DNA of 37,178 nucleotides from Deltaproteobacteria bacterium (GTDB taxonomy: Bacteria > CG2-30-53-67): positions 1 through 37,178 of the forward strand of contig JAADIO010000062.1 in the NCBI GenBank assembly GCA_013151235.1, given 5' to 3'. How positions within the stretch are numbered: position 1 is the first letter of the stretch; each line of letters begins with the position of its first letter. Positions 15,922-29,899 of the stretch are shown piece after piece. The notes below the pieces were generated by a model. The model made no database searches. It had not been told where the DNA came from and was given only the letters and a program-made list of their open reading frames with translations. The position numbers were made by a program, and so were the translations under genes.

Positions 15922-17277
15922 TCACGCGAGACGGTCTTTCTGCCTGACCAGCCGGACGGCGAAGAACCCATCCGTATCATGTTCGTCGGGCCAGGCATGG
16001 AAGAAACCCTTATCGTCAATCATGCTCCGGGCCGCTGCCGGGAAGTCCGCCGGGACGGGAGCGACCGTAAATCCCCCTTCTTCCCGCAGAAAGGTCCCGA
16101 TCACCTCCCCGTTCTCTTCCGGCTCGGTGGAACAGGTGGAATAGACCAGGCTCCCCCCTGCCCGTACGAACCGGGAAAGGTTCCGCAGGAGGCCGAGCTG
16201 CCGCTCCCGGTGGCGGGCAAGGTCCTCCTCCTTCTTCCGCCACTTGGCCTCGGGATGTCTGCGGATCGTGCCGAGACCCGAGCAGGGTGCATCGATGAGT
16301 ACGTGGTCGAAGGGTTCGCCGAAGCGGATGGACCTCCCATCGCCAAGCAGCGGCCGTACGATCGTTATCCCGAGCCGTTCCATGTTCTCCTCGATTCTTC
16401 CCAGCCGGAGTGGATCGACCTCAAGAGCGATGATCTCCCCTTCATCCGCCATTAGTTCAGCCAGATGGGAGGCCTTCCCTCCCGGCGCGGCGCAGGCGTC
16501 GAGGATCCGATTCCCCGCCCTCGCCCCGACCATGCGGGAGATCAGGATGGCGCCGCCGTCCTGGACGTAGAACCGACCTTCCCTGAAACCGGGCAGTTTT
16601 TCCACCGGTCCGGAGAACTCGACGACAACCCCTTCCGGGCACAACTGGTGGGGGATGAGCTTTTCGACCGCGCCGGCCAGGCGTTCCAGGTATTCACCGG
16701 GATCAGGTTTAAGGGAGTTGATCCGCAGGGTGGTTGCAGGCGGTTTGTTGCAGGCCGCCAGAAGCCGTTCCGCCCGCTCTTTCCCAAAGCGGGACACCCA
16801 TCGCCGGACCAGCCATTCCGGGCAGGAGTGTTTTACCGCAAGATGAGGGATCGTGTCGCCGGGACCGGGCAGCGGGATCTTCTCTTTCCGCCGGACGAGG
16901 TTCCGCAGTACCCCGTTGACGAAACGGACTTGCCCCGGATTCCCGAACTCTTTTGCAAGCTCCGTGGCGGTATCGACGGCCGCCCAGGGAGGGACGCGAT
17001 CAAGAAAGAGAATCTGGTATGCGCCGATGCGAAGGAGGTTCCGGATCTCCGGGGGATTCGTACGGAAGGAACGATGAGCCAAGGCGCCCAGGAAATAATC
17101 GATCCGCCCCCGCCACCGTAGGGTCCCGTAGACCAGTTCGAAAAGCAGCGCCCTGTCCCGCCCGCCAAGGGGGGCGGCCCCCCCTGCCGACCGGGCGATC
17201 GCCTCATCGGCGAAAAGACCTTTCCCGTCAATCAGGGTCAGGGCGGATGCCGCCGACCGGCGGACCGGATCAGACAC
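15922..17277 (-). CDS. rsmB: 16S rRNA m5C967 methyltransferase RsmB/Sun
   Basis: NusB-like N-terminus, [28 protein letters not shown]. Confidence 0.95.
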   Translation of the reverse strand: MSDPVRRSAASALTLIDGKGLFADEAIARSAGGAAPLGGRDRALLFELVYGTLRWRGRIDYFLGALAHRSFRTNPPEIRNLLRIGAYQILFLDRVPPWAAVDTATELAKEFGNPGQVRFVNGVLRNLVRRKEKIPLPGPGDTIPHLAVKHSCPEWLVRRWVSRFGKERAERLLAACNKPPATTLRINSLKPDPGEYLERLAGAVEKLIPHQLCPEGVVVEFSGPVEKLPGFREGRFYVQDGGAILISRMVGARAGNRILDACAAPGGKASHLAELMADEGEIIALEVDPLRLGRIEENMERLGITIVRPLLGDGRSIRFGEPFDHVLIDAPCSGLGTIRRHPEAKWRKKEEDLARHRERQLGLLRNLSRFVRAGGSLVYSTCSTEPEENGEVIGTFLREEGGFTVAPVPADFPAAARSMIDDKGFFHAWPDEHDTDGFFAVRLVRQKDRLA

Positions 17278-18109
17278 CCATCGCCTCTAAACGGCGGATC
17301 CGCTCCTCCATCGGCGGATGGGTGGAGAAGAGCGAGGCCAGCCCGCGGCCCCGCAGCGGGTTGACGATGAACATGTGGGCCGTGGCCGGACTCGCGTTCA
17401 TCGGAACCCGCTGAGCCCCGGCGGCCAGTTTCCTGAGGGCGGAGGCCAGGTAGCGGGGATGGCCGCATATCTTCGCCCCGCCCCGGTCGGCGCCGTATTC
17501 CCGGGAGCGGGAGATCGCCATCTGTATGATCATGGCGGCGATGGGAGCGAGAATCATCACGGCGATCGCGCCGAGGCCGCCGCCGTCATCATCGTCCCCC
17601 CGGAACCCGCCGAAGATCATCGCCCACTGGGCCATGTTCGCCATCATGGAGATGGCGCCCGCGATGGTTGCGGCGACGGTCCCGATCAGTATGTCACGAT
17701 GCTTCACGTGGGCCAGCTCATGGCCTAAAACCCCCATCAGTTCGTTCCGGTCGAGCAGATCGAGAATCCCGGTGGTCACGGCCACGGCGGCATGGTCCGG
17801 ATTTCTCCCCGTGGCAAAGGCGTTGGGTGCGGGGTTCTGCACGATATAGACCCGGGGCATGGGGAGCCCTGCGTTCCGGGCAAGCTGCTCCACGACCGAG
17901 TAGAGCTCCGGCGCCTCGGCCCGGCTCACCTCCCGCGCCTTGTACATCTTCAGCACGATCTTGTCGGAAAACCAGTAGGACCCGGCATTCATGGCCAGGG
18001 CGATGAGGAAGGCGATTTTCATCCCGGCGGGACCGCCGAGGGCGTTCCCCGCGAAGATCAGAAGAACCGTCAGACCCGACATGAGAAGGGCTGTTTTGAA
18101 GATGTTCAT
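17270..18109 (-). CDS. htpX: Membrane zinc metalloprotease HtpX
   Basis: [15 protein letters not shown] (HExxH), [16 protein letters not shown]. Confidence 0.96.
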   Translation of the reverse strand: MNIFKTALLMSGLTVLLIFAGNALGGPAGMKIAFLIALAMNAGSYWFSDKIVLKMYKAREVSRAEAPELYSVVEQLARNAGLPMPRVYIVQNPAPNAFATGRNPDHAAVAVTTGILDLLDRNELMGVLGHELAHVKHRDILIGTVAATIAGAISMMANMAQWAMIFGGFRGDDDDGGGLGAIAVMILAPIAAMIIQMAISRSREYGADRGGAKICGHPRYLASALRKLAAGAQRVPMNASPATAHMFIVNPLRGRGLASLFSTHPPMEERIRRLEAMGV

Positions 18110-18231
18110 GATCTTTCTCCTTTTATTCCGATCATCCCGGATTGACCGGGACGCTGCAGAGTCTCATTCGACCCGTCTCCCCCGTGGTTAAATGCTTTTG
18201 TTTATTGCTTCCGAGCCCGCCTCCCACAGGG

Positions 18232-18259
18232 AATATAATCGGCATTCCCGGCCCGTCAA
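18232..18259 (-). promoter_or_regulatory. Possible internal promoter for htpX-rsmB
   Basis: TTGACG-N16-TATATT in the intergenic gap. Confidence 0.4.
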
Positions 18260-19065
18260 GTTCCGGGGAACTCTTCAACCGGTCTCTCCGCTGCCCCGTT
18301 CCCGGGAACCACGAAATGACGGATCGACTCCTTCACCTCTTCAAGGTCGAATTCGGTGTTGATGCAGGGGCCGAAGGGCCGTTCGTTCAATATCCCCAGG
18401 ACCGGCAGTGGATAGGCGTCAAAGATCCCGGAGGTCAGGTCCCGCTTGCAGGCCACGGCCACCACGGCCTGGGGGCGTTTTTCCTTGATGAGCCGCCGGG
18501 CCAGGGTCCCGCCGGTGGCGACGAAAATATCGACGCCGTATTCTTCGCCGAGGTCGATCAGGTCGGGGATCCGGCACATGCCGCACCGCTCGCAGTTCCG
18601 GATATCGCCGGTCACCCGCGTCCGGCATTCGTTGTTCTGAATACAATGCGGCATGAGGAGGAGCAGCCGGTCGTGCTTGACCTTGATCCGACGGGAGAGG
18701 ACGAGCTGATTGTTGACCTCGACGAAGGATTCCTGGATCTTCTCCCGGGGAATCCGGAAGATAGATCCCAGGAAAAGGGTCAGCGGGTAGATGACCTTGA
18801 CGATCAGCCCGCGCAACCGCCCGAGGAAAAGGATCTCACGTCCCTTGTACAGGGTCAGGACCAGGAGGAGGACGCCGGCCGCGGCAATCACGAGAAAGCC
18901 GAGGAAAAGGATGGAAAGGGACATGAGGAGGGCCCCCATCGCCTTTCCGAGCCCGACCCCTTTCAGGACCAGGGCAAAGAGCCCTCCCAAAAGGAGGAGG
19001 GCAGCCAGGGCCCCGCTCATCAGGCCGACAAAGAGCCTTTTTTTAGGACGGCTGTCCGCTTCCAA
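18256..19065 (-). CDS. DUF116 membrane protein
   Basis: LLLMPHCIQ, CERCGMC, VATGGTLAR, AVACKRDL, GPCINT; commonly found next to fmt. Confidence 0.88.
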   Translation of the reverse strand: MEADSRPKKRLFVGLMSGALAALLLLGGLFALVLKGVGLGKAMGALLMSLSILFLGFLVIAAAGVLLLVLTLYKGREILFLGRLRGLIVKVIYPLTLFLGSIFRIPREKIQESFVEVNNQLVLSRRIKVKHDRLLLLMPHCIQNNECRTRVTGDIRNCERCGMCRIPDLIDLGEEYGVDIFVATGGTLARRLIKEKRPQAVVAVACKRDLTSGIFDAYPLPVLGILNERPFGPCINTEFDLEEVKESIRHFVVPGNGAAERPVEEFPGT

Positions 19066-20005
19066 GGATCATCCCTTCCCGGATTGCAGGACGCCCCCGG
19101 AGGAATTCCGCTCCATTGATACGCCTCCTGCCGGGCCGCTGGACCGTTTCAATCACGACGGAACCGTCCCGGGTCCCGACCTGAAAACATCGACCGGCGC
19201 GGATCACCTCACCGGGACGTCCCTTCTCTTCACGGACCGTGACCCGCCAGATCTTGAGAATCTCTCCATCGACCAGGGTATACGCGCCCGGCCAGGGGTC
19301 CATGGCCCGCACATGATTCCGGATCGCTTCGCCGGCCAGGTTCCAGTTGATCACCCCGTGCTCCTTTTTCAACAGAGGGGTTGCGATCGCCCCGGCCCCG
19401 TCCTGGGGAATCCGCTCCAACCTCCCCTCTTTCAGTATCTTCAGGGTCTGCAAAAGGGTCCTCGCCCCGAGAATGGCCAGCCGTTCCGTAAGAACACCGG
19501 TCGTCTCCTCCGGCCCGATTTCAAGTTCCCGCTGCATCAGGATATCACCCGTGTCCATCCCGGCGTCCATACGTATTATGGTGATCCCGGTTTTGTTCTC
19601 ACCGGCTGCAATGGCGGCGGCAATGGGCGAGGCACCCCGATACTTCGGCAGCAGGGACGCATGTATATTGATACATCCATACTTCGGTATCTCCAGAATC
19701 TCCGGTGGAAGGATCTGCCCGAAAGCGGCGACAACGAAAAGGTCACAGGAAAAATCCCGCAGAGCCCGGACAAATTCGGGTTCCGTGATCTTCATCGGTT
19801 GCAGAGCGGGAATCCCCCGATCGAGGGCCTCTTCCTTCACCGGCGAAGGGATCTTCTTTCTCCCCCGGCCGGCGGGCCGGTCCGGCCGGGTCACAACCCG
19901 GACGAGATCCTCCGTCTGGGAAAGCGCCGCCAGGGAAGGAACGGCGAACCGGGGTGTCCCCATATAGATAACGCGTAATATCCTGCCAATTTTTTCGTTC
20001 ATCAT
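19043..20005 (-). CDS. fmt: Methionyl-tRNA formyltransferase
   Basis: YMGTPRFA, TRPDRPAGRG, INIHASLLPKYRGASPI, MDAGMDTG; exact start uncertain. Confidence 0.96.
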   Translation of the reverse strand: MMNEKIGRILRVIYMGTPRFAVPSLAALSQTEDLVRVVTRPDRPAGRGRKKIPSPVKEEALDRGIPALQPMKITEPEFVRALRDFSCDLFVVAAFGQILPPEILEIPKYGCINIHASLLPKYRGASPIAAAIAAGENKTGITIIRMDAGMDTGDILMQRELEIGPEETTGVLTERLAILGARTLLQTLKILKEGRLERIPQDGAGAIATPLLKKEHGVINWNLAGEAIRNHVRAMDPWPGAYTLVDGEILKIWRVTVREEKGRPGEVIRAGRCFQVGTRDGSVVIETVQRPGRRRINGAEFLRGRPAIREGMILGSGQPS

Positions 20006-20089
20006 CAAAGGAAATCATTCCGGGAATGGATTAAAATTGTCTGTCTGCCCGCGGCCGGATCTAAAAAACAGGAATGGACGAATATTACC

Positions 20090-20602
20090 TTATTTATAGG
20101 CCCCCTGCCGGATGGCCTTCTTGATCTTCCGCTTGATCATATCCCGTTTCAAGGGAGAAAGGCGGTCCACAAAGAGAATACCGTCTAAATGGTCGACTTC
20201 ATGCTGAATCGCCCGCGCCATCAACCCCTCGGCATTCAGGGTTGTCTGCTCCCCTTCCCGTGTCATATAGCTGACTTTTATGGTCTGTGCCCGAGCGACG
20301 TTCCCATTATAGCCCGGTACACTTAAGCATCCCTCTTCTTCGGTCTGCATACCTTCGCTCGACAAAATCTCCGGGTTGATCATCACAACAAGAGCATTCG
20401 GCTCTTTCCCTACGGTGGTATCGAGAACAACAATCCGCTTGTGGACACCGACCTGGGGCGCAGCCAGACCAACACCCGGAGCGTCATACATGGTGGCAAT
20501 CATGTTTTCAATTAACTCCCGATCCTCTTCAGTGATTGCAGTGAGAGGTACCGAAGTTTTCCGAAGTTGTTCATCCGGATAATGCAAAATGGGCAGCAAC
20601 AT
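20090..20602 (-). CDS. def: Peptide deformylase
   Basis: GVGLAAPQ, EGCLS, QHEVDHL. Confidence 0.97.
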   Translation of the reverse strand: MLLPILHYPDEQLRKTSVPLTAITEEDRELIENMIATMYDAPGVGLAAPQVGVHKRIVVLDTTVGKEPNALVVMINPEILSSEGMQTEEEGCLSVPGYNGNVARAQTIKVSYMTREGEQTTLNAEGLMARAIQHEVDHLDGILFVDRLSPLKRDMIKRKIKKAIRQGAYK

Positions 20603-20639
20603 GCCTCCCCTCCTTCGTCTTCGTTCAAGTCATACAAAT

Positions 20640-20781
20640 GTAACTGTTCAGGTTGCTTCTATTTTCCCGCAGGACAAGGCGTGAGGAGCACAAAACCGGA
20701 GGCGTATTTTTCATACGTTGAGGATTTGAGCACCGCAACAACGCAGTCATGCGGGAAAAGAGGGGTGACCTGAGTAGTTAC
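20640..20781. mobile_element. 142-bp MITE with ~36-bp imperfect TIRs and an 8-bp target-site duplication
   Basis: GTAACTGTTCAGGT...ACCTGAGTAGTTAC, flanked by ATACAAAT on both sides (20632-20639, 20782-20789). Confidence 0.8.
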
Positions 20782-20880
20782 ATACAAATTATAGGAAAAA
20801 GAGGGGATTCCCGCAAGCGATTTATTGCCGATCCTGTACAGGGGAAGAAGATAATCCTCTATTTTCAAAGAGAAAGGAAA

Positions 20881-20909
20881 TTGACTTTTTCCATGGAGAA
20901 AGGTATCTT
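20881..20909 (+). promoter_or_regulatory. sigma70-like promoter of pepA
   Basis: TTGACT-N17-TATCTT. Confidence 0.5.
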
Positions 20910-20992
20910 ACATCAGGATTTCATGACGGGGAATGGAAAGCCGCGCCGGATTGGGCTTCTCATCGATCAAAGAGAAAAGGGACGGAGGCGAA

Positions 20993-22477
20993 ATGAAGAT
21001 TACACTATGCCGGGGAGACCTAAGCCGTATCAAGACGGATTTGATCGTCATCGGAATGTTCGAGGGACAAAAACGCCTGCAGGGAGCAGCGGCCAAGGTG
21101 AATGCCGCGCTGAAGGGCGCCATTCAAAAACTGATCCGCGAAGTCAACTTTGAGGGAGCCTGTGATAAAACTCTCATGATCCACACTCTGGGAAGGCTCC
21201 CGGCCAAAGAGATCTGCCTGATGGGCCTGGGAAAGGAGAAAGGGTTTACCCTCGACCGGCAGCGCCGTGCCTTCGCCGGGGTTGTCAAGGCGGCACGGAA
21301 AGTACATGCCCGGCAGGTTGTCTCAACCCTTCTTGCGAAGGGCGAAAGAGGAAAACCCCTGACTGATCTCTGCCGAAGCGCAGCGGAAGGGCTCCATCTG
21401 GGTGCTTATCGCTTTCGGAAATATCTCACAAAAGAGGAGACCACGGAACTTCGGCAGGTTTCTCTCCTCGTTGAAGGCACTTCCACAGCCGGTCTCGCTG
21501 CAGCCGTCCGGGCAGGGACACTCGCCGCTGAAGCAACGAATTTCACCCGGGACCTGGTCAATGAGCCGGGCAATGTCATCACCCCGATCACCTTGGCAGC
21601 CACAGCCCGAAAGATCGCCCGCCGGGAAGGTCTGCACTGCAAGATCCTCGCTGAAAAGGAAATCGCCGGACTCGGCATGGGCGCCTACTTAGGGGTCGCG
21701 CAGGGAAGTACCAACCCGCCCCGGTTCATTCATCTGACCTACCGGCCCCGGAAGGCGAAGAAGAGTATCGCCCTCATCGGGAAGGGAATCACCTTCGACA
21801 GCGGCGGACTGTCGTTGAAACCCTCCGAGGCAATGGCAACCATGAAGATGGATAAATCCGGCGCCTGCACGGTATTGGGAGTCATGCAGGCCCTTCCGAA
21901 GCTGAAACCCTCCGTGACCGTCCACGGGATTATCGCTGCGGCGGAAAATATGCCGAGCGGTACGGCACAGCGCCCCGATGATATCGTACGGGCCATGAAC
22001 GGAAAAACGATTGAGGTCCTCAATACCGATGCCGAAGGGAGGCTGACCCTCGCAGATGCTTTAAGCTATGCGGCTCGGCTCAAACCGGACTGCATGATCG
22101 ACCTGGCGACCCTGACCGGGGCCTGCGTCGTCGCTCTCGGGGAGTATACGGCCGGTGTCATGGGCAATGATGAAAGCTTCCTCGACGAATTCCTCAAAAC
22201 CGCGAAAAAAACGGGGGAACTGATGTGGCCTCTTCCCTTCGACGAAAATATGATGGAAAAACTTAAGGGGAAAGTGGCCGACCTGAAAAATATCGGGAAC
22301 CGATGGGGCGGCGCCATCACGGCCGGGATGTTCCTCCGGGAGTTCGTCAACGAAATTCCCTGGATCCATATCGACATCGCAGGCCCCGCCTTCAGTGAGA
22401 AGCCCTGGGGGTACAACACCGGCGGAGCCACCGGCATCGGTGTCCGGACAGTGCTGGAATATCTTTCGACGTTGTAA
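20993..22477 (+). CDS. pepA: Leucyl aminopeptidase (M17)
   Basis: GKGITFDSGG, MKMDKSG, ENMPSG, NTDAEGRL, DLATLTG; ATG 20993 after GGAGG. Confidence 0.96.
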   Translation: MKITLCRGDLSRIKTDLIVIGMFEGQKRLQGAAAKVNAALKGAIQKLIREVNFEGACDKTLMIHTLGRLPAKEICLMGLGKEKGFTLDRQRRAFAGVVKAARKVHARQVVSTLLAKGERGKPLTDLCRSAAEGLHLGAYRFRKYLTKEETTELRQVSLLVEGTSTAGLAAAVRAGTLAAEATNFTRDLVNEPGNVITPITLAATARKIARREGLHCKILAEKEIAGLGMGAYLGVAQGSTNPPRFIHLTYRPRKAKKSIALIGKGITFDSGGLSLKPSEAMATMKMDKSGACTVLGVMQALPKLKPSVTVHGIIAAAENMPSGTAQRPDDIVRAMNGKTIEVLNTDAEGRLTLADALSYAARLKPDCMIDLATLTGACVVALGEYTAGVMGNDESFLDEFLKTAKKTGELMWPLPFDENMMEKLKGKVADLKNIGNRWGGAITAGMFLREFVNEIPWIHIDIAGPAFSEKPWGYNTGGATGIGVRTVLEYLSTL

Positions 22478-22481
22478 CTTA

Positions 22482-22602
22482 GTGGTCCTGTTCGTAAATA
22501 CTGTGACGCACCGAAGAGGAGACCGATCTGCGGCGCTCAAATGCCTGCCTGTGCGGAAGGACTACACGCAGACAGGCCACCCGTATTTACGAATAGGGCC
22601 TC
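22482..22602. mobile_element. 121-bp MITE with 20-bp TIRs, TTA duplication and a nested hairpin
   Basis: GTGGTCCTGTTCGTAAATAC / GTATTTACGAATAGGGCCTC (17/20 match); TTA at 22479-22481 and 22603-22605; internal GCCTGCCTGTGCG..CACGCAGACAGGC. Confidence 0.68.
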
Positions 22603-22619
22603 TTAGCAGGGACGGCTCC

Positions 22620-22985
22620 ATGCAGACCGACACCATTCGGATCGAAGGGATTGAATTTTACGGATATCACGGTGATCTGCCGGAAGAGCGGGAATTGGGG
22701 CAGCGCTATATTGTAGATATCGAGATGGTACGGGATTGTGCCGAGGCTGGACGATCAGACCGGATCGAAGAGACCATCGATTATGCGGCCGTGGCAAAAC
22801 GGATTGACGAGATCGGACGGACGGAACGGTTTCATCTGGTGGAGGCGCTGGCGGAACGGATCGCGCAGATCATCCTGGAGGAATTTGCCCCCGAAAAGGT
22901 TCAGGTCAACGTCACGAAACCCCATCCTCCGATTCCTCTTTCCATACAAAAGGTGGGCGTTACGATCCGCAGGACACGGTCATGA
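22620..22985 (+). CDS. folB: Dihydroneopterin aldolase
   Basis: DTIRIEGIEFYGYHG, EERELGQ, TIDYA, LVEALAE, KPHPP; start at ATG 22620. Confidence 0.94.
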   Translation: MQTDTIRIEGIEFYGYHGDLPEERELGQRYIVDIEMVRDCAEAGRSDRIEETIDYAAVAKRIDEIGRTERFHLVEALAERIAQIILEEFAPEKVQVNVTKPHPPIPLSIQKVGVTIRRTRS

Positions 22986-23476
22986 ACCTCGTCTATATCG
23001 GGCTGGGGAGCAATATCGGAGATCGTGCCGGAAACATCCGGCGTGCTCTGGCAGGCCTGAATGGTACGGAAGCTTTTTCTCTCCTCCGAGTTTCCTCTTT
23101 CTACCGGACAGCCCCGGTCGGGTATAAAGAACAGGCGTGGTTCGCAAATGCCGTAGCGGAAGGCGAAACATCGCTGCCCCCTTCGTCGCTTCTAAAACGG
23201 TTGCAGTTGATCGAGCGGGAGATGGGCCGGGACACTCCGTTCAAATGGGGACCGAGGAATATCGACCTGGACCTTCTCTTTTACGGGGACCGTATTCTTG
23301 AGGAAAAAGGGCTGACCGTTCCTCATCCCTTCGCGGACCAACGGAGGTTTGTGATGGAACCTCTTGCGGAACTGGTACCGGAGGGGGTACATCCTGTAAC
23401 CAAGAGGAACTTTCAGGAAATTCTGAAACAGCTTGGAACGGATCAATTTGTAGAGAAGATGGAAACACCGTCATGA
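22982..23476 (+). CDS. folK: 6-hydroxymethyl-7,8-dihydropterin pyrophosphokinase
   Basis: YIGLGSNIG, WGPRNIDLDLL, LTVPHP, RRFVMEPL. Confidence 0.96.
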   Translation: MNLVYIGLGSNIGDRAGNIRRALAGLNGTEAFSLLRVSSFYRTAPVGYKEQAWFANAVAEGETSLPPSSLLKRLQLIEREMGRDTPFKWGPRNIDLDLLFYGDRILEEKGLTVPHPFADQRRFVMEPLAELVPEGVHPVTKRNFQEILKQLGTDQFVEKMETPS

Positions 23477-24156
23477 ATATAGAGAAACGATATATCGCAG
23501 TGGACGGTCCCATTGGGGTCGGGAAAAGCAGCTTGGTCAACCTCTTGTCCGAACGGCTCGGCGCAATGAAAGTCCTGGAGAAGGTGCAGGAGAACCCCTT
23601 TCTCTCCCGGTTTTATACCCACCGTAAACAGTTCGCCTTTCAGACACAGATGTTTTTTCTCTTAAGCCGGTACAATCAGCTCCTGGAACTTAACCAAATG
23701 GACCTCTTTCACCGCCATACGCTCGCAGACTATATTTTTCCCAAGGACCGGATTTTTGCCTACATGAATCTCAGCGACCCTGAACTGGAACTCTACGAAC
23801 AGATCTATTCCATCCTCGACGACCAGGTCCCGACCCCGGACCTGGTTATCTACCTCCAGGCGGACACCGATGTCCTGATGAACCGAATCCGCCATCGGGG
23901 ACGACCCTACGAAAGAAATATCGATTGGGACTATGTGGAGGCCTTGAACGAAGCCTACGAGTATTTCTTCTTTCACTATACGGAAACCCCTCTCCTCGTG
24001 ATCAAAACCTCGGAAATCAATTTCGTGAAGAGCAACGAAGACCTTGACGATCTGACCCGACAGATCTCTCTCATGAAAAAAGGGACCCGCTATTACACCC
24101 CCCTTTCCACGGCCGAAAAGAAAAAGGCCCCCCTGGAACGGGAGAGCCTCTTCTGA
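23473..24156 (+). CDS. Deoxynucleoside kinase
   Basis: P-loop GPIGVGKS, NPFLSRFY, FQTQMFFLLSR, RIRHRGR. Confidence 0.93.
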   Translation: MNIEKRYIAVDGPIGVGKSSLVNLLSERLGAMKVLEKVQENPFLSRFYTHRKQFAFQTQMFFLLSRYNQLLELNQMDLFHRHTLADYIFPKDRIFAYMNLSDPELELYEQIYSILDDQVPTPDLVIYLQADTDVLMNRIRHRGRPYERNIDWDYVEALNEAYEYFFFHYTETPLLVIKTSEINFVKSNEDLDDLTRQISLMKKGTRYYTPLSTAEKKKAPLERESLF

Positions 24157-24166
24157 TTCAATTCAT

Positions 24167-24207
24167 AAAAAAAAGGCCAAGCAACTCTCACTGAGATGCT
24201 TGGCCTT
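24167..24207 (-). terminator. Intrinsic terminator of the rrn operon
   Basis: Stem AAGGCCAAGCA/TGCTTGGCCTT followed by a T-run on the minus strand. Confidence 0.8.
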
Positions 24208-24217
24208 CCTGATTTAA

Positions 24218-24330
<113 letters not shown>

Positions 24331-24428
24331 ACTTCAACAGCTTCGTAAAAAGTCCGTCTGCTGCGTTATACTTCGTCTTTTAGTCACTCATACAAACCGA
24401 CCAGATAAACTGAATTAAAAGCAAATAA

Positions 24429-27403
<2,975 letters not shown>

Positions 27404-27575
27404 CTATCTGCTTTCAAGTCAACTTACCTAGTTCTCGGTTTCATTGAGTGACTTTCTTCTGTCAAAGAGCAATCCGGACGTACGGTCCGGCGTCGGTTCT
27501 CTATACTTGAGAACTCGGAATTGGAAATGATGCCTAAATCATAATTTCCAATTCCGAACCCTCAATTGTCCAGAT

Positions 27576-27651
27576 TGGTGGAGGATAGCGGGATCGAACC
27601 GCTGACCTCCTGCGTGCAAGGCAGGCGCTCTCCCAGCTGAGCTAATCCCCC
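27576..27651 (-). tRNA. tRNA-Ala(TGC)
   Basis: GGGGGATTAGCTCAGCTGGGAGAGCGCCTGCCTTGCACGCAGG...TCCACCA. Confidence 0.97.
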
Positions 27652-27709
27652 ATTCTTAGAGGACAAATGACGGAGCTTCCAAATCATCCCGTCATCTGTC
27701 CTCTGAAAA

Positions 27710-27786
27710 TGGTGGGCCTAGGTAGATTTGAACTACCGACCTCGCGCTTATCAGGCGCGCGCTCTAACCAACTGAGCTATAGGCCC
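27710..27786 (-). tRNA. tRNA-Ile(GAT)
   Basis: GGGCCTATAGCTCAGTTGGTTAGAGCGCGCGCCTGATAAGCGCG...GGCCCACCA. Confidence 0.97.
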
Positions 27787-27936
27787 AGAGTCATCTATAC
27801 GGCCTATCGACCCGGTCGGTAGTTTTTACCGCCCTTCCCGGCTTTCAACCGGGACGCTCCAACCAACTGAGCTGTAGGCCCAGAGTCATCTATACGGCCT
27901 ATCGACCCGGTCGGCAACTTCCACCGCCCTTCCCGG
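27760..27936. repeat. 82-bp direct repeat with 95-bp period in the 16S-23S ITS
   Basis: 27760-27841 and 27855-27936 are nearly identical. Confidence 0.9.
27800..27881 (-). pseudogene. tRNA-Ile-derived pseudo-tRNA / tRNA-like structure in the ITS
   Basis: GGGCCTACAGCTCAGTTGGTTGGAGCG, then hairpin TCCCGG-TTGAAAG-CCGGGA, eroded T arm and TAGGCCG; no TTCRA loop, no CCA. Confidence 0.65.
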
Positions 27937-28024
27937 GATTATGCTGTTCACTAAATCATGTATATATTAGCCTGGCGGATATCAACCTAGGATGGTTCCG
28001 GAATCCCGAAGGATCCTCGAAGAA

Positions 28025-29587
<1,563 letters not shown>

Positions 29588-29661
29588 ACTGAAAAAAATT
29601 GATCCGTTTTGCTACGGATTTTCTACTGCTTCAAATCCGCCAGGCTAAAATATACATGATT

Positions 29662-29861
29662 CAGTTTTCAAAGAACAGATGCTTCTTTCAAATGAGTCCT
29701 GGAAGATAGCATAGGGGAAAAATGATGTCAAGAACTATTTTGATATTCAGGAGGTTTTTTTCACCGTGCTAACTTGCTGAAAAATATCTATTTTCAGCGC
29801 CTACCTGCTTTTCCCGATTTTCCCTGTTTCAAAATATAACCCACGCCGCGGGGGTTGTCAA
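29662..29861 (-). promoter_or_regulatory. Tandem rrn promoters P1/P2 and boxA
   Basis: TTGACA-N17-TATATT (29861-29833), TTGACA-N17-TATCTT (29731-29703), boxA-like TGTTCTTTGAAAA (~29665-29677). Confidence 0.8.
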
Positions 29862-29899
29862 GAATAACCCGACACGTTCCTCAGGATTTTTCGTAAAAG

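Noticed and set aside
18142-19978. Long plus-strand ORFs (325 aa, 395 aa) and similar antisense ORFs elsewhere
   Set aside because: Shadow frames of well-supported genes in GC-rich DNA.
22478-22619. THF or other riboswitch upstream of folB
   Set aside because: I recognise no aptamer consensus; TIRs plus a TTA duplication fit a MITE better.
24333-24388. Possible MITE end (GCTTCGTAAAAAGTCC) in the 23S-5S spacer
   Set aside because: Only a remembered resemblance; no partner TIR or duplication, and part of it belongs to the 23S processing stalk.
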